Source: Raillietiella orientalis (taxonomy: Eukaryota). From it: a stretch of DNA of 64,000 nucleotides. Each line of letters opens with the position of its first letter. Position 1 is the first letter of the stretch. A model generated the notes under the pieces. The model made no database searches. It saw only the letters and a list, made by a program, of their open reading frames with translations, and was not told the DNA's origin. This document shows positions 61,751-64,000 of the stretch, piece after piece. The position numbers and the translations under genes are program-made. The DNA lies in the NCBI GenBank assembly GCA_036172245.1, contig JAYWIR010000009.1, positions 1,178,001 through 1,242,000 of the forward strand, in the 5' to 3' direction.

Positions 61751-63029
61751 TCTCGAGATAGCTTCCGAAAAGCCGTGTTGCCGACCGCAGAAAGAAGATG
61801 TGGTAGGCGCGTTAGCACTTCCCCAGATGGAGCTGACGGAGGCAGTCTGAGGAGGAGCAGCCCGCGCGGGCGCAGCGACGAGGGCGCTCCCGGAAGAAGG
61901 ATGCGGGTGGGATGCAGTAGCGCAGCCCTCCGTAAAGGCCTCGTCCTTCGATAAGGAGGAACGTCCGAGGAACAGGCTCCGAGGTTGACGAAAGGCTCCC
62001 ATGTCGAAGTTCCTAGAGACGGTGAGATCTTTTTGTTCGAGGACCACCTGAAGGCAAGGGGGTGGTCTTGGTCTGCTCATGAGATGGAATCGCGCCGAAG
62101 GCAGCAGCTTCCGTAAATTCCGTCCGACTTGGTGGAGTCGCTCTCCGCTCTCAGCCTCCGTCACACAGCCGCGGATGGTGACTGCAGTGAATAGCGGCAT
62201 TGCTCCTCAGATCTTTTCAGACGAAGACGCTGGCGGGAGAGAGCGAAAGGGTGTCCGTCATCTTCGCTCACCTGCGCAGGCAGCTGTTGAAGAGGTCATC
62301 TCGCAACCGCCCGTGTCTTTGGCAGGTAGTCTCCTGGCTACTCACGGGTGCACAGGCTGCTCCATGAACGGCTGGATCGTCATCCAGGCGTTCGCGGGAG
62401 TGTCTTCTCTTCCGGTTCGCTTTCTCCCGCCGCCTTCCTTCACCCTGTCGGCAAATGGAGAGGGCAGCCTGCGGGGGAATGAGCCGAGCAAGCGGGCCGG
62501 TCGACTTCGTTTCCGCCCTCTTCGTCGCGTGCTCGAACAGCTTGCTGATGAGCGCACGCGCCTGAATGTTGCTCCTTATAAAGATGACTCCATCCTATGC
62601 TCCATTGTTCCTCATTCCTCTTTCCGATGTGATGATCGATGCAACTCGAATTTCATCCTGAAACTGCCAAAGGGATTGTTCCACTTACCAGGGGGTAGCT
62701 TGGAGGAACAGCTTCTCCTGAAAATCTCCGCCATCTTGTGGTCGGCACAGCAGGAGCCCCCAACTCATGTCCGTTCCTACGAGCGGATGTTGGGCTCGTT
62801 GGCGGTGGTGCAACCGAGAAGAGCGCATCGGAACAACACGATCGTCCCTCGTATTGCATCCAGGCTCTGCCTGCATTCACTTCGCTGACAACCGTTTCCG
62901 TGGCCCTAGGACGCCTGATTTTCCCCAAGTTCAGTCCCTCTTTTCGCACTCTACACTGAGGATGGAAACTGGTTCCGTCGTTTGATCCCGTTAATGCGGG
63001 ACGGTATGTCAGTTCCATCTGTTTATCTC

Positions 63030-63760
63030 GCTGCTCTTGGATCCTTGTCATCAAAGAAGGCGCGATCCGGGAACTCGATGGCTCCCTCCACAACTCGTCA
63101 CGAGGAACCTGCTGGCTAGTCTGCGCTCAAGGAAGGCGGCCCCAAAGACGGATAAATACGGAATTCGGTGTGAATGGGCAGTCGCACTGTCGGAGCGGAT
63201 CCATCGCAAGGACAAGAAAGCCGCGCTCGGATCGGCAGTCTCGCCGAAGTGCGCACATGGAACACAGGGGAAGCTGAACGGTCTCATTGTGGTTTCCCAC
63301 GTTGGCAACGCCTGCTGCATCCCCAAGGGCCAGTTTGTTCGAAAAAGAGGGTTTGGCATCGTGAAAACACGGAGGAACAGAGGACTGAAACTGTGGGAAA
63401 ACAAATTTCCTACCTACGCATTCACCACATGCGGAAGGATGCAAACACAGAATCGAATCGCATGGCCACGAGCGCCACGAAGTGAAGATTATGAAAAATG
63501 GATGATTCACTTCTTCGTGGAGGATGGATGCGTAGCATTTTGGACGGATGAAAGTGGTCCTTGAAGAAGAATCAAAGGCTTCCATTACTCCACGTTCCCA
63601 TGCTAGTAACGAGATGATGATAGGTGATTTGGTAAAGGACTGCAAGGAAGAGCAACGCCCATATGTACGTTGAAAGAGATTCTAATTTATAGCTACAGAA
63701 GCTGCTTAGTGTATGCTTTGTATGATTTGTTCAGCGAATGGAATGCTATGCCTTCTTGCC
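63030..63760 (+). mobile_element. Decayed piggyBac-like transposase
   Basis: Motifs in order: ELDGSL...RG (~'VDExLxxFRG'), PKTDKYGIR (~'KPxKYGIK'), VAFWTD (~'WxD') and LYDLFSEWNA (~'LLDxxxxNA'). Confidence 0.4.
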
Positions 63761-64000
63761 AAACATCGTTGTTACGACAAGAACGCTCTTGAGTGTCGAG
63801 ATGGTTTAGTGCAGCTGTGATCCAAATTCTGCATTGGTCCATTCCCCTGGGTCAGGATTGTCTGCTCACCCTCCCGAGATTCCTGCGAGTTTGAACCGCA
63901 TCGTCCGTTTTCCCACCTCCTTCTCAGAAAATTTGCAGACAGTTTTAGCCGTTGCCCCTCTTTCCTTCTCGTTTTGCCTTTCTCAGACCTGCCCGAATGG

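Overview
Eukaryotic DNA from an animal, probably an arthropod (inferred from the U2 variant, the mwh-like gene and very short GT-AG introns). Three spliced + strand genes can be reconstructed with consistent reading frames: an MRTF/myocardin-family coactivator (22030-25070, 9 coding exons), protein disulfide isomerase (30672-32878, 5 exons) and a formin GBD/FH3-only protein resembling Multiple wing hairs (53435-59962, 9 exons). The first 22 kb has no supportable gene, only decayed DNA-transposon fragments and simple repeats. The regions ~33.8-52.9 kb and ~60.5-63.8 kb are dense with decayed non-LTR retrotransposons of the Tx1/L1 and Utopia/NeSL types. The main signal is the first 37 nt of U2 snRNA (50649->50613, minus strand), ending inside the branch-point recognition sequence and fused directly to a Utopia-like RT element. 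It sits between the arms of an 875-bp near-identical inverted repeat. All transposon calls come from reading motifs by eye in frameshifted sequence, so their boundaries are approximate.
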